Of a stretch of 64,000 nt of DNA, positions 25,599 to 35,391 are shown piece by piece. Under the pieces are notes generated by a model. That model was not told the DNA's origin and made no database searches. It saw nothing but the letters and a program-made list of their open reading frames with translations. The stretch comes from a virus. Position 1 is the first letter of the stretch. The number at the start of each line of letters is the position of its first letter. The position numbers and the translations under genes are program-made. The DNA lies in the IMG/VR virus record IMGVR_UViG_3300032308_001297, positions 32,001 through 96,000 of that record. The stretch is one strand, 5' to 3'.

Positions 25599-26536
25599 TA
25601 GTTAAACTCACAATTAATCATTACATCAACTAGGAACGCCACGAAATTAATTTCTGGATTGGCAGAAAAAGCATTCTGATATTGATACTTAGCAAGATTA
25701 AGGACTAATACTGGAGCCGTATTCTTTGTGCAAATCTCTGACGAAATTTCATAGAACTGATTATACAAAGCATTAACATCTGTATCGATATTGTTCTTCG
25801 CCCACTTACGGATCTCTGTATAATTCTGCTCTTTCAGAAGCCCAACCAATTCTTTGATTGAAGTTTCCTGTAGGTTTATAAGAATGCCAGTGTCGATCTT
25901 ACCTGTTGCAGAATAGCGCTGAAGCTCGTTAAGAACTCGGCGCCAATCTGGGAAATGCTTGTTGATTACTTCCGCAACAACTTTCTGGTCATATTCAATC
26001 TTTTCCTGCTCTAGAATAAAAGTAACACGCTTAAAGAATTGAGTTGCAAGTTTGGCGATCGCCTTCTTGCTGATCTTAAAATCAATTACTGAGCACCTTG
26101 AATGAAGCGGTTCAATGATGCGGTTTTTGAAATTACAGGTAAGAATGAAGCCGCAATTCCTCGAGAATTCCTCCATAAAATTTCGAAGTGCGGGTTGAGT
26201 AGAATTGGCATTAAGATAATCCGCTTCGTCAAGGATGACATATTTCCTCCCCCCTGAAAGAGATACGCTGCTTGCAAAGTTAAGGATTTCGTTTCTGAGA
26301 GTGTCGATGTTTCCATTCATAGATCCATTAATGACGATATAATCGCAACCAAGCTGTTCAAGCATGGCTCTGGCTACGGTCGTCTTGCCGACACCAGCTG
26401 TTCCGGATAAAATAAGATTAGGGATATTCTTTTGATCAACAAACTGTTGGAATGTTGCTTTTAAATCGCAAGGAAGAATAGTCTCTTCAATAGTTTTTGG
26501 TCTGTAGCGTTCGACCCACAAAAATTCTTCGTTCAT
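25598..26536 (-). CDS. 44: Clamp loader large subunit gp44
   Basis: LWVERYRP, GTAGVGKTT, LDEADYL, PLHSRC, PDWRR. Confidence 0.95.
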   Translation of the reverse strand: MNEEFLWVERYRPKTIEETILPCDLKATFQQFVDQKNIPNLILSGTAGVGKTTVARAMLEQLGCDYIVINGSMNGNIDTLRNEILNFASSVSLSGGRKYVILDEADYLNANSTQPALRNFMEEFSRNCGFILTCNFKNRIIEPLHSRCSVIDFKISKKAIAKLATQFFKRVTFILEQEKIEYDQKVVAEVINKHFPDWRRVLNELQRYSATGKIDTGILINLQETSIKELVGLLKEQNYTEIRKWAKNNIDTDVNALYNQFYEISSEICTKNTAPVLVLNLAKYQYQNAFSANPEINFVAFLVDVMINCEFN

Positions 26537-26551
26537 AATTTACCTCATATC

Positions 26552-26576
26552 AAAAATAGGGGAGCCGAAGCTCCCC
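26552..26576 (-). terminator. UUCG-tetraloop hairpin/terminator between 45 and 44
   Basis: GGGGAGC-TTCG-GCTCCCC followed by TATTTTT on the - strand. Confidence 0.75.
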
Positions 26577-26583
26577 ATTCAAA

Positions 26584-27237
26584 TTAGAAAGTTGAGTGCT
26601 GCTCAACTGCAATAAAGTATTCTATATCCTTTCCAATGAACTTGGAAATACCTCTAGAAGAAATTGTTACCTCGTAATCTCCTGGAAGCATCTTGAAGTT
26701 CTCAAACTTAAACACTGCATTGAATGACTTGTTTGTTTCTCCAATCGGAATAGAATATTCACTACCTGGATTCTTAGAATTAATTGCCTTTAGATGAACC
26801 TTACTACCATCACCAGCAACAACAATCTCTGGCAAACTCCAAACACCAGCTGCTTTCTCGACCTTAATAAGGTCTTCATTCTTTAGTGTGAACGTAACGT
26901 CAACTGATGGGATATTAATATCCTTATCTGGAGCCTTTGTGATTGTGCTTTCGTCTGATAGAAGGAACTTACCCTGCTCTGACGAAGAGTCCTTCATATA
27001 AATGAAAGTGTCATCGATTTCCAAATCAGGATCATTGTATAGACTTAGACCAGAAAGAAACTGGTTAAGATCATAGATGGCAAACTTCTTAGTAAACTCT
27101 GTCGGAACAGTAGCCTTTGCCATGATAGTCTTATTTGGGGAAATGGTTTTAAGAACATTTCCCTGTTGAACAACAATAGAAGGATTAATCTTAGAGAAAT
27201 TCTTCAAAACATTTACTGTATTAACATCAATCTTCAT
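26584..27237 (-). CDS. 45: Sliding clamp gp45
   Basis: LKNFSKINPSI, FAIYDLNQFL, PGDYEV, YFIAVE; synteny. Confidence 0.92.
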   Translation of the reverse strand: MKIDVNTVNVLKNFSKINPSIVVQQGNVLKTISPNKTIMAKATVPTEFTKKFAIYDLNQFLSGLSLYNDPDLEIDDTFIYMKDSSSEQGKFLLSDESTITKAPDKDINIPSVDVTFTLKNEDLIKVEKAAGVWSLPEIVVAGDGSKVHLKAINSKNPGSEYSIPIGETNKSFNAVFKFENFKMLPGDYEVTISSRGISKFIGKDIEYFIAVEQHSTF

Positions 27238-27251
27238 TATATAATCTCCAC

Positions 27252-28118
27252 TTACTTCTTTTTGCCTTTATCTTTAAACTTACCTAGTGCACCTGGGTCG
27301 GCAGTAGCAGACACACCAACTGAAGCAAGATCAGCAAGAGAACCACCAAAGATATAAGTTCCAACATGCTGCATCTTCATCCATGGACAGAACCAAGTAC
27401 GCAGTCCAATGTCTTGAGCTTTCTGACAGAACCAATAATCTTCTGATAGATAACGTTTTGACTTCGGATCAATTTCTGCCTGAAAGAACATCATAATCTC
27501 ACGAGTGCCATCAAAGTGCTCGGTGCGAACATGATCTGGTTTATAGTTATATTGCGGATAAGAATCCACAAACTTTTGCATTGCGTTCTTAGAAACCATC
27601 ATGAAGCCAGTTCCAATCTCAAGAACCTCAACTGGTTCATTAAGAGGAATAGACTGCTGACCGCCCTTTGGATTGAAGACATAATCACCAACGAACTTTT
27701 CAAGAACGTTTGGATCTTCATCAGCAACACCCTTATCAACAGCGTGCTTAACCTTCTCCCAAGAAATACACTTCTTTGGATATGGTCCACCAATGATGTC
27801 ATACTTATCTTCTTCTTGTGCCTGAAGAGCCATAAGAGCAATAACATCTTGTGGATTGAAGCCAATATCAGCATCAATAAACATCATATGTTGTGCTTTC
27901 GAACGCATGAATTCGTCGCAACAATAGTTACGTGCACGTGGAATCAATGATTCGTTGAACAAATAATAAAACTGTAGAGGAATACCATACTGCGTACAAA
28001 GAGCAGATAGATCTGCCGATGACTTGGCAAACATACCTGCACATTGCCCACCATACATTGGTGTTGCAACGAACAATCCTCTTTCTCTAAGTTTCTCAAT
28101 TGGGATCTGAATTTCCAT
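27252..28118 (-). CDS. GT-A fold glycosyltransferase-like protein
   Basis: ATPMYGG, SLIPRARN, FIDADI (DxD), GTGFM, LSEDYWFC. Confidence 0.7.
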   Translation of the reverse strand: MEIQIPIEKLRERGLFVATPMYGGQCAGMFAKSSADLSALCTQYGIPLQFYYLFNESLIPRARNYCCDEFMRSKAQHMMFIDADIGFNPQDVIALMALQAQEEDKYDIIGGPYPKKCISWEKVKHAVDKGVADEDPNVLEKFVGDYVFNPKGGQQSIPLNEPVEVLEIGTGFMMVSKNAMQKFVDSYPQYNYKPDHVRTEHFDGTREIMMFFQAEIDPKSKRYLSEDYWFCQKAQDIGLRTWFCPWMKMQHVGTYIFGGSLADLASVGVSATADPGALGKFKDKGKKK

Positions 28119-28130
28119 TATATACCTTTC

Positions 28131-28340
28131 TTATGCTACAATAAAACTTTTAAATTTACAAGTGTTACAATGAACTGCTCTTTGCGGAGGAATTGAAGCT
28201 GTTACTACTGAGGGATTAGTGTCTTGTAACTCATCTCCGCAATGGGGACAAGCAATACCTGTTCCCAAATTAATAAAATGAGACATATATTCTCTGCGAC
28301 GTCGTTCGTTATAATCTTCAAAAGATTTCAATTCTTTCAT
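28131..28340 (-). CDS. Zinc-ribbon protein
   Basis: CPHC...CNTC. Confidence 0.6.
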   Translation of the reverse strand: MKELKSFEDYNERRRREYMSHFINLGTGIACPHCGDELQDTNPSVVTASIPPQRAVHCNTCKFKSFIVA

Positions 28341-28729
28341 TTCAAATCCTTATAATGATCTGCATACAACATCATTAATACGTAATGAAGAACCTTTAAT
28401 AGATCTGCTTTATTGGCGCCTTTCTTTTTACCATAGCGCCAAAGATATTTGATAGCAGTATTTCGGAAGGTTGGCATAGAATCACCAAGAGCTAACCACA
28501 CATCGAAACATTCTATATTCTGCTCTTCAGTCATATAATGTTGCCCATATGTCTTGTCAATATAGGCATGGAAGTCACGAATAATTTCGTCTTCCTTGTA
28601 TTTATATTTAGGCGGGACGGTTCCAGAAGAATTTATTGTTGCATTAAATCTTTGACCATTTTCAAACATATAATCTGAACCAACAGCTCCAGTTGATCCA
28701 GTTGGTCCTAACGAAAATCTATTTGTCAT
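28337..28729 (-). CDS. DUF3310-like protein
   Basis: TYGQHY, AIKYLWRYGKK, DLLKVLHY. Confidence 0.75.
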   Translation of the reverse strand: MTNRFSLGPTGSTGAVGSDYMFENGQRFNATINSSGTVPPKYKYKEDEIIRDFHAYIDKTYGQHYMTEEQNIECFDVWLALGDSMPTFRNTAIKYLWRYGKKKGANKADLLKVLHYVLMMLYADHYKDLK

Positions 28730-29265
28730 TTTACCTCCAATTGTTTCATAATATGTTCAATAATCTTCTCTTGATCCATAAAACAATTATTATTAAAACG
28801 TTCAACATTAAACATTAACATCATATTTGAAAGAATATTAGCAATCTTGGTTTCACGACCCTGTAACCAAGTTTCGTTCTGATTACTACCACGCTGTCTG
28901 TAACGATCTTTTCGAATTTCACTCTCAGTCTGCAGATAAATGATCTCTAATTCATAATTCTCTAAACAATGTTCAAGGAAAGATGATGTGAAAAGGCGAT
29001 CGCCTTCATAAAGAACGACTGCATCTTTATTTAAACTTGCTAGGAATTTAATTGCTTCTGGCTGAACAGCCATTGACATACGATCAGTCCCAGAGAACGT
29101 TTCGCCTTCGTCATACTTACCAAGGATATAATTATAATCGTATTGTAGATACGGAACAAGTTTTACTTCATCATAAACTTTGAGCCAATTATATTTCTCA
29201 ATAATCTTCTTCATAAGAGTGGACTTACCGGAACCTGGTTCGCCACCAATCGCAATAACTTTCAT
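28726..29265 (-). CDS. P-loop nucleotide kinase
   Basis: GGEPGSGKST, GTDRMS, EGDRL, RGSNQ. Confidence 0.8.
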   Translation of the reverse strand: MKVIAIGGEPGSGKSTLMKKIIEKYNWLKVYDEVKLVPYLQYDYNYILGKYDEGETFSGTDRMSMAVQPEAIKFLASLNKDAVVLYEGDRLFTSSFLEHCLENYELEIIYLQTESEIRKDRYRQRGSNQNETWLQGRETKIANILSNMMLMFNVERFNNNCFMDQEKIIEHIMKQLEVK

Positions 29266-30251
29266 TATGTAAACCTTTCAAGTCCGACCAACTCAGGCTC
29301 AACAAACAAACCTGTGCAATCTAGAATGCCACTTTCACTATATAAAGCCATTTTACTATTGTTTATCTGATTTGTCAACAGTTTATTATTTAGAGTCTCA
29401 TTACGAGCATCCCACATTGGTTGCCAATCAATACCACTCCATCCATCAGATTCGCACTTAGCAATTTCTTCAGCTTGACGATCAAGATAATATCCAAGGT
29501 AACGACCATGCTTTACTCGGAATAGTTTCTTGAAAGAACACAAGCATGTTTCCATATCAAAGTAATCAGTGTCAGGATAATCTTTCTTTACCTCTTGCAG
29601 AATTTCTCTTGCAGATTCATCTAGATAATTTAGTTCTTTTGAAGTTAGTTTGGCATCATACCAATCAGGTCTACCAACAGCCATACAAAGACCATTACGA
29701 TGGGAACGAGAACCAGAATAATCTTCTAGCATTAAACTACCAGGTTCTAATGGAAGTTCGCAACATTGTTTCAATGTCTGCATATAGAACCAAGTAGAAT
29801 ACCTGCCGAACTTATGGAACTTGGTCTTAACCTCATCCCATAATCTATTAAAGTTTTCATCAGGATTTTGAAGAAGGAATGGTCTGAATGCTTCTATCTG
29901 CGAACGATTGCCAATCCATTCCTTATAAGATATAAATTGTGCAGGAAGATGACCTTTATTCCATTTAGTGTCTATTTGGTAACGGAGTCTTTTGTAATTG
30001 TGGTTGTTCCATTCTTTTAGACGGTCAACGCCAACTAACTCCATATCAGGAAACTCGTTCCATATCACCCATGTTGTAGGAAAGAAATATGTTGTTCCAT
30101 AGATCCAAGCAATCCAGAGTTTCTGCTCTGTATTATGCTCGAATCTATCGAACAAGTAATTGGTCATAAAGATAGCGGGGTCGCAATCTTTAATGGAAAG
30201 CGACCACCGATACCAGTTTATGAAGTCTTGCTTACGCTGCTCTGAATTCAT
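29265..30251 (-). CDS. alpha-glutamyl/putrescinyl thymine pyrophosphorylase clade 2 (amino acid:DNA transferase)-like
   Basis: DCDP, W..W.YG.TY, KFGRYSTWFY (HhH-like), SRSHRNGL, METCLCSFKK, RYLGYY.DR. Confidence 0.75.
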   Translation of the reverse strand: MNSEQRKQDFINWYRWSLSIKDCDPAIFMTNYLFDRFEHNTEQKLWIAWIYGTTYFFPTTWVIWNEFPDMELVGVDRLKEWNNHNYKRLRYQIDTKWNKGHLPAQFISYKEWIGNRSQIEAFRPFLLQNPDENFNRLWDEVKTKFHKFGRYSTWFYMQTLKQCCELPLEPGSLMLEDYSGSRSHRNGLCMAVGRPDWYDAKLTSKELNYLDESAREILQEVKKDYPDTDYFDMETCLCSFKKLFRVKHGRYLGYYLDRQAEEIAKCESDGWSGIDWQPMWDARNETLNNKLLTNQINNSKMALYSESGILDCTGLFVEPELVGLERFT

Positions 30252-31527
30252 ACGTTTTTGTATCAATAAAAGAAGGAAGATATCGAATTTCGATATCGAT
30301 ATCGGATCTTACATACTTCAGAGCGTTCTTTAACTTGCGTTCATGGTCATGTCTCTTCTCATAATTATCTAAAGAATTATGACTGATTAGCATAATACCT
30401 TTAGTAACTCCCATTTCGCCCAGCTTATTAAGAATAGCACCAACACCATTATTGTAACTGGCGTTCGAACTGATACCAATGATCGCTATATTTTTCTCTG
30501 ATCCAGGATTATACTTTTTGTCAAGTTTCTTTACTTCTGCAGAAACCTCATCGTTTGTCCACTTCTTAAAGTTATGAGTCTTGAGAATTTCTTCTTCCTT
30601 AATATTCTTTTTAATAGCAAGAAGATTACCAGAAATTTCGTTAGGACTCCAATACCTGTTTAGGTTGGCTAAACATACATCAGAAAAATACTTAGAATTA
30701 ATATCACCACCAATACGATCGTAAAGATTCAATATTGCTTTTTTACAATCTTCTTTAGTGTTTCCTTTTTTAATTTTTTCCTGATGATTCATCTCGTAAC
30801 CAAAATCATCATAATTGGCTTGAGAGTCTTCAAACTCAGAACTGTTAATGTAGATTGCTGGAATATTTGTCCATCCTGCTTTAAGAGCAGCATAGCTAGT
30901 ATGATTGCCATCCAAAATTAATTGGCGATCAATTTCAACACAAATAATGATAGGAGAAATACTGTTTCTAGCTCGAGCAGGATCAGAAACCATTCTTTCT
31001 TCAATCGAGTCTACATGTTTCTGATCAAATTGCTCCAAACGAACTTGGTTTCTTGGCAAGATAGATAGTTCTTCGACATTAGCTTCTACAATATCATAAT
31101 AACCACTTTCGATTCGTTGTTTGACCCGCATAACCAAATTGTGGTTTGCGACCCTCAGTGCGCTATTGTCTTCGTTAATAACTTCTTTAGTATTAAGCCA
31201 CTTAGTTGCTGAAGAAATAGCTGATTCTGAAAGATCTTCAACGCTACCCATTCCTTTACCGCCACCCTGATTATTGTTATACCATTTTGGGTTAGAAGCA
31301 GCCTTTACTTTTGAAAGAATATAATGTTCTAGAGCCAAACATTCTTCTCTAGATCCACGCCAAATAACGCTCTTACGTAGTAGCCCATTAGACCATGCAT
31401 GTTTTAATTCAAAGTCTTTAGAGGAAAAGTTATAGTTGTCATCTTCGTTTTCTGTTTGATGAAAACCTACGTATCTTTTACCATTATTAATATTAAACCA
31501 GCCATAGACGATAGCTTCGTATGTCAC
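30232..31527 (-). CDS. GIY-YIG-like plus ParB/Srx-like fusion protein
   Basis: N-terminal IVYGW..NGKRYVG..E..WYN; central PIII...ILDGNHT. Confidence 0.65.
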   Translation of the reverse strand: MTYEAIVYGWFNINNGKRYVGFHQTENEDDNYNFSSKDFELKHAWSNGLLRKSVIWRGSREECLALEHYILSKVKAASNPKWYNNNQGGGKGMGSVEDLSESAISSATKWLNTKEVINEDNSALRVANHNLVMRVKQRIESGYYDIVEANVEELSILPRNQVRLEQFDQKHVDSIEERMVSDPARARNSISPIIICVEIDRQLILDGNHTSYAALKAGWTNIPAIYINSSEFEDSQANYDDFGYEMNHQEKIKKGNTKEDCKKAILNLYDRIGGDINSKYFSDVCLANLNRYWSPNEISGNLLAIKKNIKEEEILKTHNFKKWTNDEVSAEVKKLDKKYNPGSEKNIAIIGISSNASYNNGVGAILNKLGEMGVTKGIMLISHNSLDNYEKRHDHERKLKNALKYVRSDIDIEIRYLPSFIDTKTYEFRAA

Positions 31528-31554
31528 TTGAGTTCTCCATTAACTTAGAGATAT

Positions 31555-31582
31555 AGTATACTACATTTTTAAAAATTTTCAA
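31555..31582 (-). promoter_or_regulatory. sigma70-type promoter for the GIY-YIG/ParB gene
   Basis: TTGAAA-16 bp-TATACT; -10 within the palindrome TAGTATACTA. Confidence 0.5.
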
Positions 31583-32099
31583 CACCTTTATACTCGACGA
31601 AACATTCGATACATCCACCTTTACCTTTACGATTCATTTGTTTCCAAATATACGAATCAATATTATCCATATCATTTTCTAGAATGTCTGGTCTCAATAG
31701 AACAAACATTGCAAGCTGTGCTGTTTTCTGTCTGCAGATCATTTTAAATCCGTATTTCTCATAGAATGGAACAGCGTCTAGTTCTGCGGACACTCTGAAA
31801 TAATCAGCCTTATTATCAAAAGCGTATTGTAATGCGTAGTCACAGAGAAGAGATCCAACTCCTCTGCCACGAAACTTATAGAAGGTATGAAGTAATTGTA
31901 GATTAGCTACTAATGGTTGACGTTTAGAAACAGTAACAACGATAGCACCAGCTAACTCGTCGCCGTCCCAAGCTCCCATCAATAGACTCCAATCATTCAT
32001 CATATCACATTTGGATACGAATCTCTTAGCGAATCTATCTTCTTTTTTATCTGTTAGATGAGCAACAAATTCCTCACGACTGGTTTGTCGCAACTTCAT
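31569..32099 (-). CDS. GNAT acetyltransferase
   Basis: RGRGVGS acetyl-CoA motif, AVPFYEKYGF; start moved to ATG 32099. Confidence 0.85.
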   Translation of the reverse strand: MKLRQTSREEFVAHLTDKKEDRFAKRFVSKCDMMNDWSLLMGAWDGDELAGAIVVTVSKRQPLVANLQLLHTFYKFRGRGVGSLLCDYALQYAFDNKADYFRVSAELDAVPFYEKYGFKMICRQKTAQLAMFVLLRPDILENDMDNIDSYIWKQMNRKGKGGCIECFVEYKGVENF

Positions 32100-32961
32100 G
32101 GAATTCACGCTGCTTCTTGCCTCTTGATTTGTCATACTTTGTCTTTTCCCAAGCAAGATACATTTCGTGATCATATTTAAATTCTGGGAAAGTATATTTG
32201 TCGTTCATTAAAATTTCTTGAACGTCAGGTCCACCATTAAGAGCAGCATCAATAAACTTCTCAACAAATTTAAACGAGTCTTCTATTTCCTTGCGTTTAA
32301 TAGAAGAACGGAAACAACGGAACTCAATTGTTCCTGTGTGCTTCATACAATATGTATTGATTGCATGCCGGAAAGGACGACCCATAGAAACGCCATCTTT
32401 ACCAGCAGCATGCAAACGAATAAAATCTTCAAAATTATTTGCTAGATTAATAATATTAGCGCACATATAATCTGGCATAGGACGACCGCCATCCCATTTC
32501 AGATAAGTCTTAGCAGTCTTAGAACGAGACATATTTGAATCTTGTTGAAACTGATAACAACGATCAATAACGACGTGCTGATTTTCCTGGATATATTTCA
32601 CAAGACGTTTTAGCGATTCAATGTCGTCTTTTAATCCTGGAACGTATACGTGAAGATGACCATGGTTGACGCATGAAGCAGTAGGACTATCCCCGTTTTT
32701 TTCAAAAACATTGTATATATCAAATATACGATCGACCTGCTCCTGCCACGTTTTAGTTGGTTTGGTATTAACCTCTCCACCAACTGGTGGTTGCAACCCT
32801 AAAGGATCGCAAGCAAGACCACGATAATCACCATTAAGATTTACAATATCCGTTTCTGCATATTCCCATTTACCAAGATGTTCTGGTATAACTAGATCTC
32901 TTGATATATCACCCCATTCAATTTCAAACCCCCATGTAAAATTCTTTGGGTCATACTTCAT
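32074..32961 (-). CDS. Putative amidoligase (COOH-NH2 ligase/glutamate-cysteine ligase-like)
   Basis: TWGFEIEW, GGEVNT, HGHLHV, GTIEFR. Confidence 0.8.
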   Translation of the reverse strand: MKYDPKNFTWGFEIEWGDISRDLVIPEHLGKWEYAETDIVNLNGDYRGLACDPLGLQPPVGGEVNTKPTKTWQEQVDRIFDIYNVFEKNGDSPTASCVNHGHLHVYVPGLKDDIESLKRLVKYIQENQHVVIDRCYQFQQDSNMSRSKTAKTYLKWDGGRPMPDYMCANIINLANNFEDFIRLHAAGKDGVSMGRPFRHAINTYCMKHTGTIEFRCFRSSIKRKEIEDSFKFVEKFIDAALNGGPDVQEILMNDKYTFPEFKYDHEMYLAWEKTKYDKSRGKKQREFHEVATNQS

Positions 32962-33641
32962 TGTAAATCCTCAACCATTGGAAATTCATACTTATTATAG
33001 CTTATTAATTTAAATTTTTCAACAATAAAAACTTCATACATAGGAGCAGCTACTTGAATAGTCAGTCCACTTCTTTTAAGAATATCTTTTGTAGAAGCAA
33101 ATATAATACCATTTTCTCCATATGAATAATGCAATGGCCTAGCTTCGTTACGAAAAGCAGTAATTACTTTATCTTTATCTAAAGTGCATACAGACATACT
33201 TGCTGGACGAAACTTATGTAAAGGAATTTCTCCAGCCTCTAAACATCGAAGAATTAATTCGCTATCATTCTTTGTGATAACATCATATCCAAAAGTTCCT
33301 TTCCAATTTTCTGGATTTTCTTGAGAAATAACTCCATTATGAGCAATAGAAAGTTCTTCTGACGCCATTGGTTGATTGTAAGCAAGATCGCTAGTTGAAT
33401 AACGAACATGACCAATACAATAAAGATTACCATCTTCATTGACCCAACTAGGAATGTCTTGATTGTTTATAAATGTGCAAGCATTAACAGGTTCTTTAAT
33501 AGTGTGAACCTTGCCACCCTTAACATAAGAAACTCCAGTGGCATGTTTACCACGGATCATTGATTGAATAAAGAGCCGACGAACAAGTTCGAACTCTTGC
33601 TCGCTCGGTTTCTTTATCGCTATTCCTAGCACACCACACAT
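32958..33641 (-). CDS. Class II (Ntn) glutamine amidotransferase
   Basis: MCG N-terminus, RG..ATG, GHVRYST, NQP, HNGVI, DSE, RPL. Confidence 0.88.
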   Translation of the reverse strand: MCGVLGIAIKKPSEQEFELVRRLFIQSMIRGKHATGVSYVKGGKVHTIKEPVNACTFINNQDIPSWVNEDGNLYCIGHVRYSTSDLAYNQPMASEELSIAHNGVISQENPENWKGTFGYDVITKNDSELILRCLEAGEIPLHKFRPASMSVCTLDKDKVITAFRNEARPLHYSYGENGIIFASTKDILKRSGLTIQVAAPMYEVFIVEKFKLISYNKYEFPMVEDLQ

Positions 33642-35014
33642 TAGAAAAATGACTCCAACGAAGCTATCTCAGTTCCACCGTATGGATCTTTCATATCATG
33701 AGCAGTAAGATAGTCATACCATTCTTTATCTTCCCACATTCCTGGTGAAACTCCATTCCACAACGGACGATGTAAAGGATGATCTTTATTGGTACGACGA
33801 TCTTCTACAAATTGTTTACGTAACATTTCGTAATTATAAGATTGTAATTCTAACATCTTTTCTCGGAAATAGCAAACTACAGATATTCTTTCATTAGTAA
33901 CATCGTCCGGATTGTTAAGAACAATAGGAGTATTACCATGAATGATTTCGTGGTTGTTAACAAGGAGCAAATCGCCGGGACGAACATTAACAGCAATACG
34001 ATATTCAGGAAATACAAGATAGCCTCCAGTGTATTCTCCAGTCCCAAGAACTAGAAGATTTGATAGACCTGCATCAAGATCACCAGCATCTCGATGACAA
34101 GCAGTGCGGAAAGTTTTATTTACTGTAATAGTAGTGAATACTGTTTCAGGAACTAAGAAACGTGGATCAAGTTTATCTGCTGCTGCTTTCTGATTACCCC
34201 AACGCCAAGGTAGTAAATCCTTGAAACCTCTATTTAATGATTGGAGGAATGGATATGCAAGTTCAAATAATTCTGGATGTTTTTCAGTGTATGACGTTGC
34301 ACGCCCGTAAGGAATGCGAGGGTAACGATCGTACCAACCAGCAACACCTGAGAATACTGACTTTGCATAGTTAGTTGTTGATGCCCATTTTTCTGCAACC
34401 ATTCTTGCTTCTTCATAGACATCCTCCTTAGATTTATTAGATAAACCATCAACCCATTTATCAAACCAACCATGATATTCTGGATATACTTTCTGAACTT
34501 CTGAACGTAGCCAAACAGTGCCACGTGTTTCGTCAACTGGTTTATATTTAGGATCGTTATACTTTGCGCGAATACTTTCAATTGAATTATCTTCGAATAA
34601 CGAAGCACCATCATTCATCAAGAACTCAAGAACTTCCATTTGATATGGTGAAACCCAATCTCTGCCACCACGTCCTTCAGTGGAAAGCATTTCACCACGT
34701 GGACCAGCAGCAAGACCACGATTCTGACTTTCTGTTGCAGCGCCTCTCAGACCACGATAAGCACTATCCTGTTCTTCTTTAGTGAAGTAATTTTTACGAA
34801 ACTTGAATGCAATACGTAATTCATCATTACCTTTATCACAATCTTCACAATCCTTCATACCACAATCTGCTTTCTCAAGCGGATCGCAAAGCGGAGGCAT
34901 ATAACAATCAGTATCTTCCTCGATTAATTTATCGTAATGACTTTCATCGACGAAAGTACCTAATAGATGTTCGCAATCATGTTTTGTCTTTGCTACAATG
35001 CGTCTTACCATCAC
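33641..35014 (-). CDS. TET/JBP-family 2OG-Fe(II) dioxygenase
   Basis: FTTITVN..RTACHRDAGD (HxD), GGYLVFPEY, HEIIHGNT, RISVVCYFRE. Confidence 0.82.
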   Translation of the reverse strand: MMVRRIVAKTKHDCEHLLGTFVDESHYDKLIEEDTDCYMPPLCDPLEKADCGMKDCEDCDKGNDELRIAFKFRKNYFTKEEQDSAYRGLRGAATESQNRGLAAGPRGEMLSTEGRGGRDWVSPYQMEVLEFLMNDGASLFEDNSIESIRAKYNDPKYKPVDETRGTVWLRSEVQKVYPEYHGWFDKWVDGLSNKSKEDVYEEARMVAEKWASTTNYAKSVFSGVAGWYDRYPRIPYGRATSYTEKHPELFELAYPFLQSLNRGFKDLLPWRWGNQKAAADKLDPRFLVPETVFTTITVNKTFRTACHRDAGDLDAGLSNLLVLGTGEYTGGYLVFPEYRIAVNVRPGDLLLVNNHEIIHGNTPIVLNNPDDVTNERISVVCYFREKMLELQSYNYEMLRKQFVEDRRTNKDHPLHRPLWNGVSPGMWEDKEWYDYLTAHDMKDPYGGTEIASLESFF

Positions 35015-35391
35015 TCATCCCCATAAAGAATAGATTTAATATCAGGCGGTCTCCAACCATCTGGTTTTAAAATCTTACCATCAGCACGACGAACTGGTTT
35101 TCCATCAACTAATTTTGCCATGTTTGATTTATGCACTTCGGCGAACACTTTATCGAGGGGAATACCGTAAGATGCAGCAGTGCCACACACAATGTAAATA
35201 ATATCAGCGAGCTCTTTAGCAATATTCTCCACATCGTTTTTGCACTCTCCTTGAATGTATTCTTCATATTCTTCCTTTAGTAATCTAAGTCTAAGTTCAC
35301 GTTCTGCTGGATCAGGAAGTTCTGGCTTTACACCAATATTCTGACCAACTGCTGTTTGAAAATCTTTAACATCTTGAAACATATTACTCAT
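35011..35391 (-). CDS. MazG-like/PRA-PH NTP pyrophosphohydrolase
   Basis: EEYEE, KELADIIY, VHKSNMAK, R.DGKILKP. Confidence 0.85.
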   Translation of the reverse strand: MSNMFQDVKDFQTAVGQNIGVKPELPDPAERELRLRLLKEEYEEYIQGECKNDVENIAKELADIIYIVCGTAASYGIPLDKVFAEVHKSNMAKLVDGKPVRRADGKILKPDGWRPPDIKSILYGDE

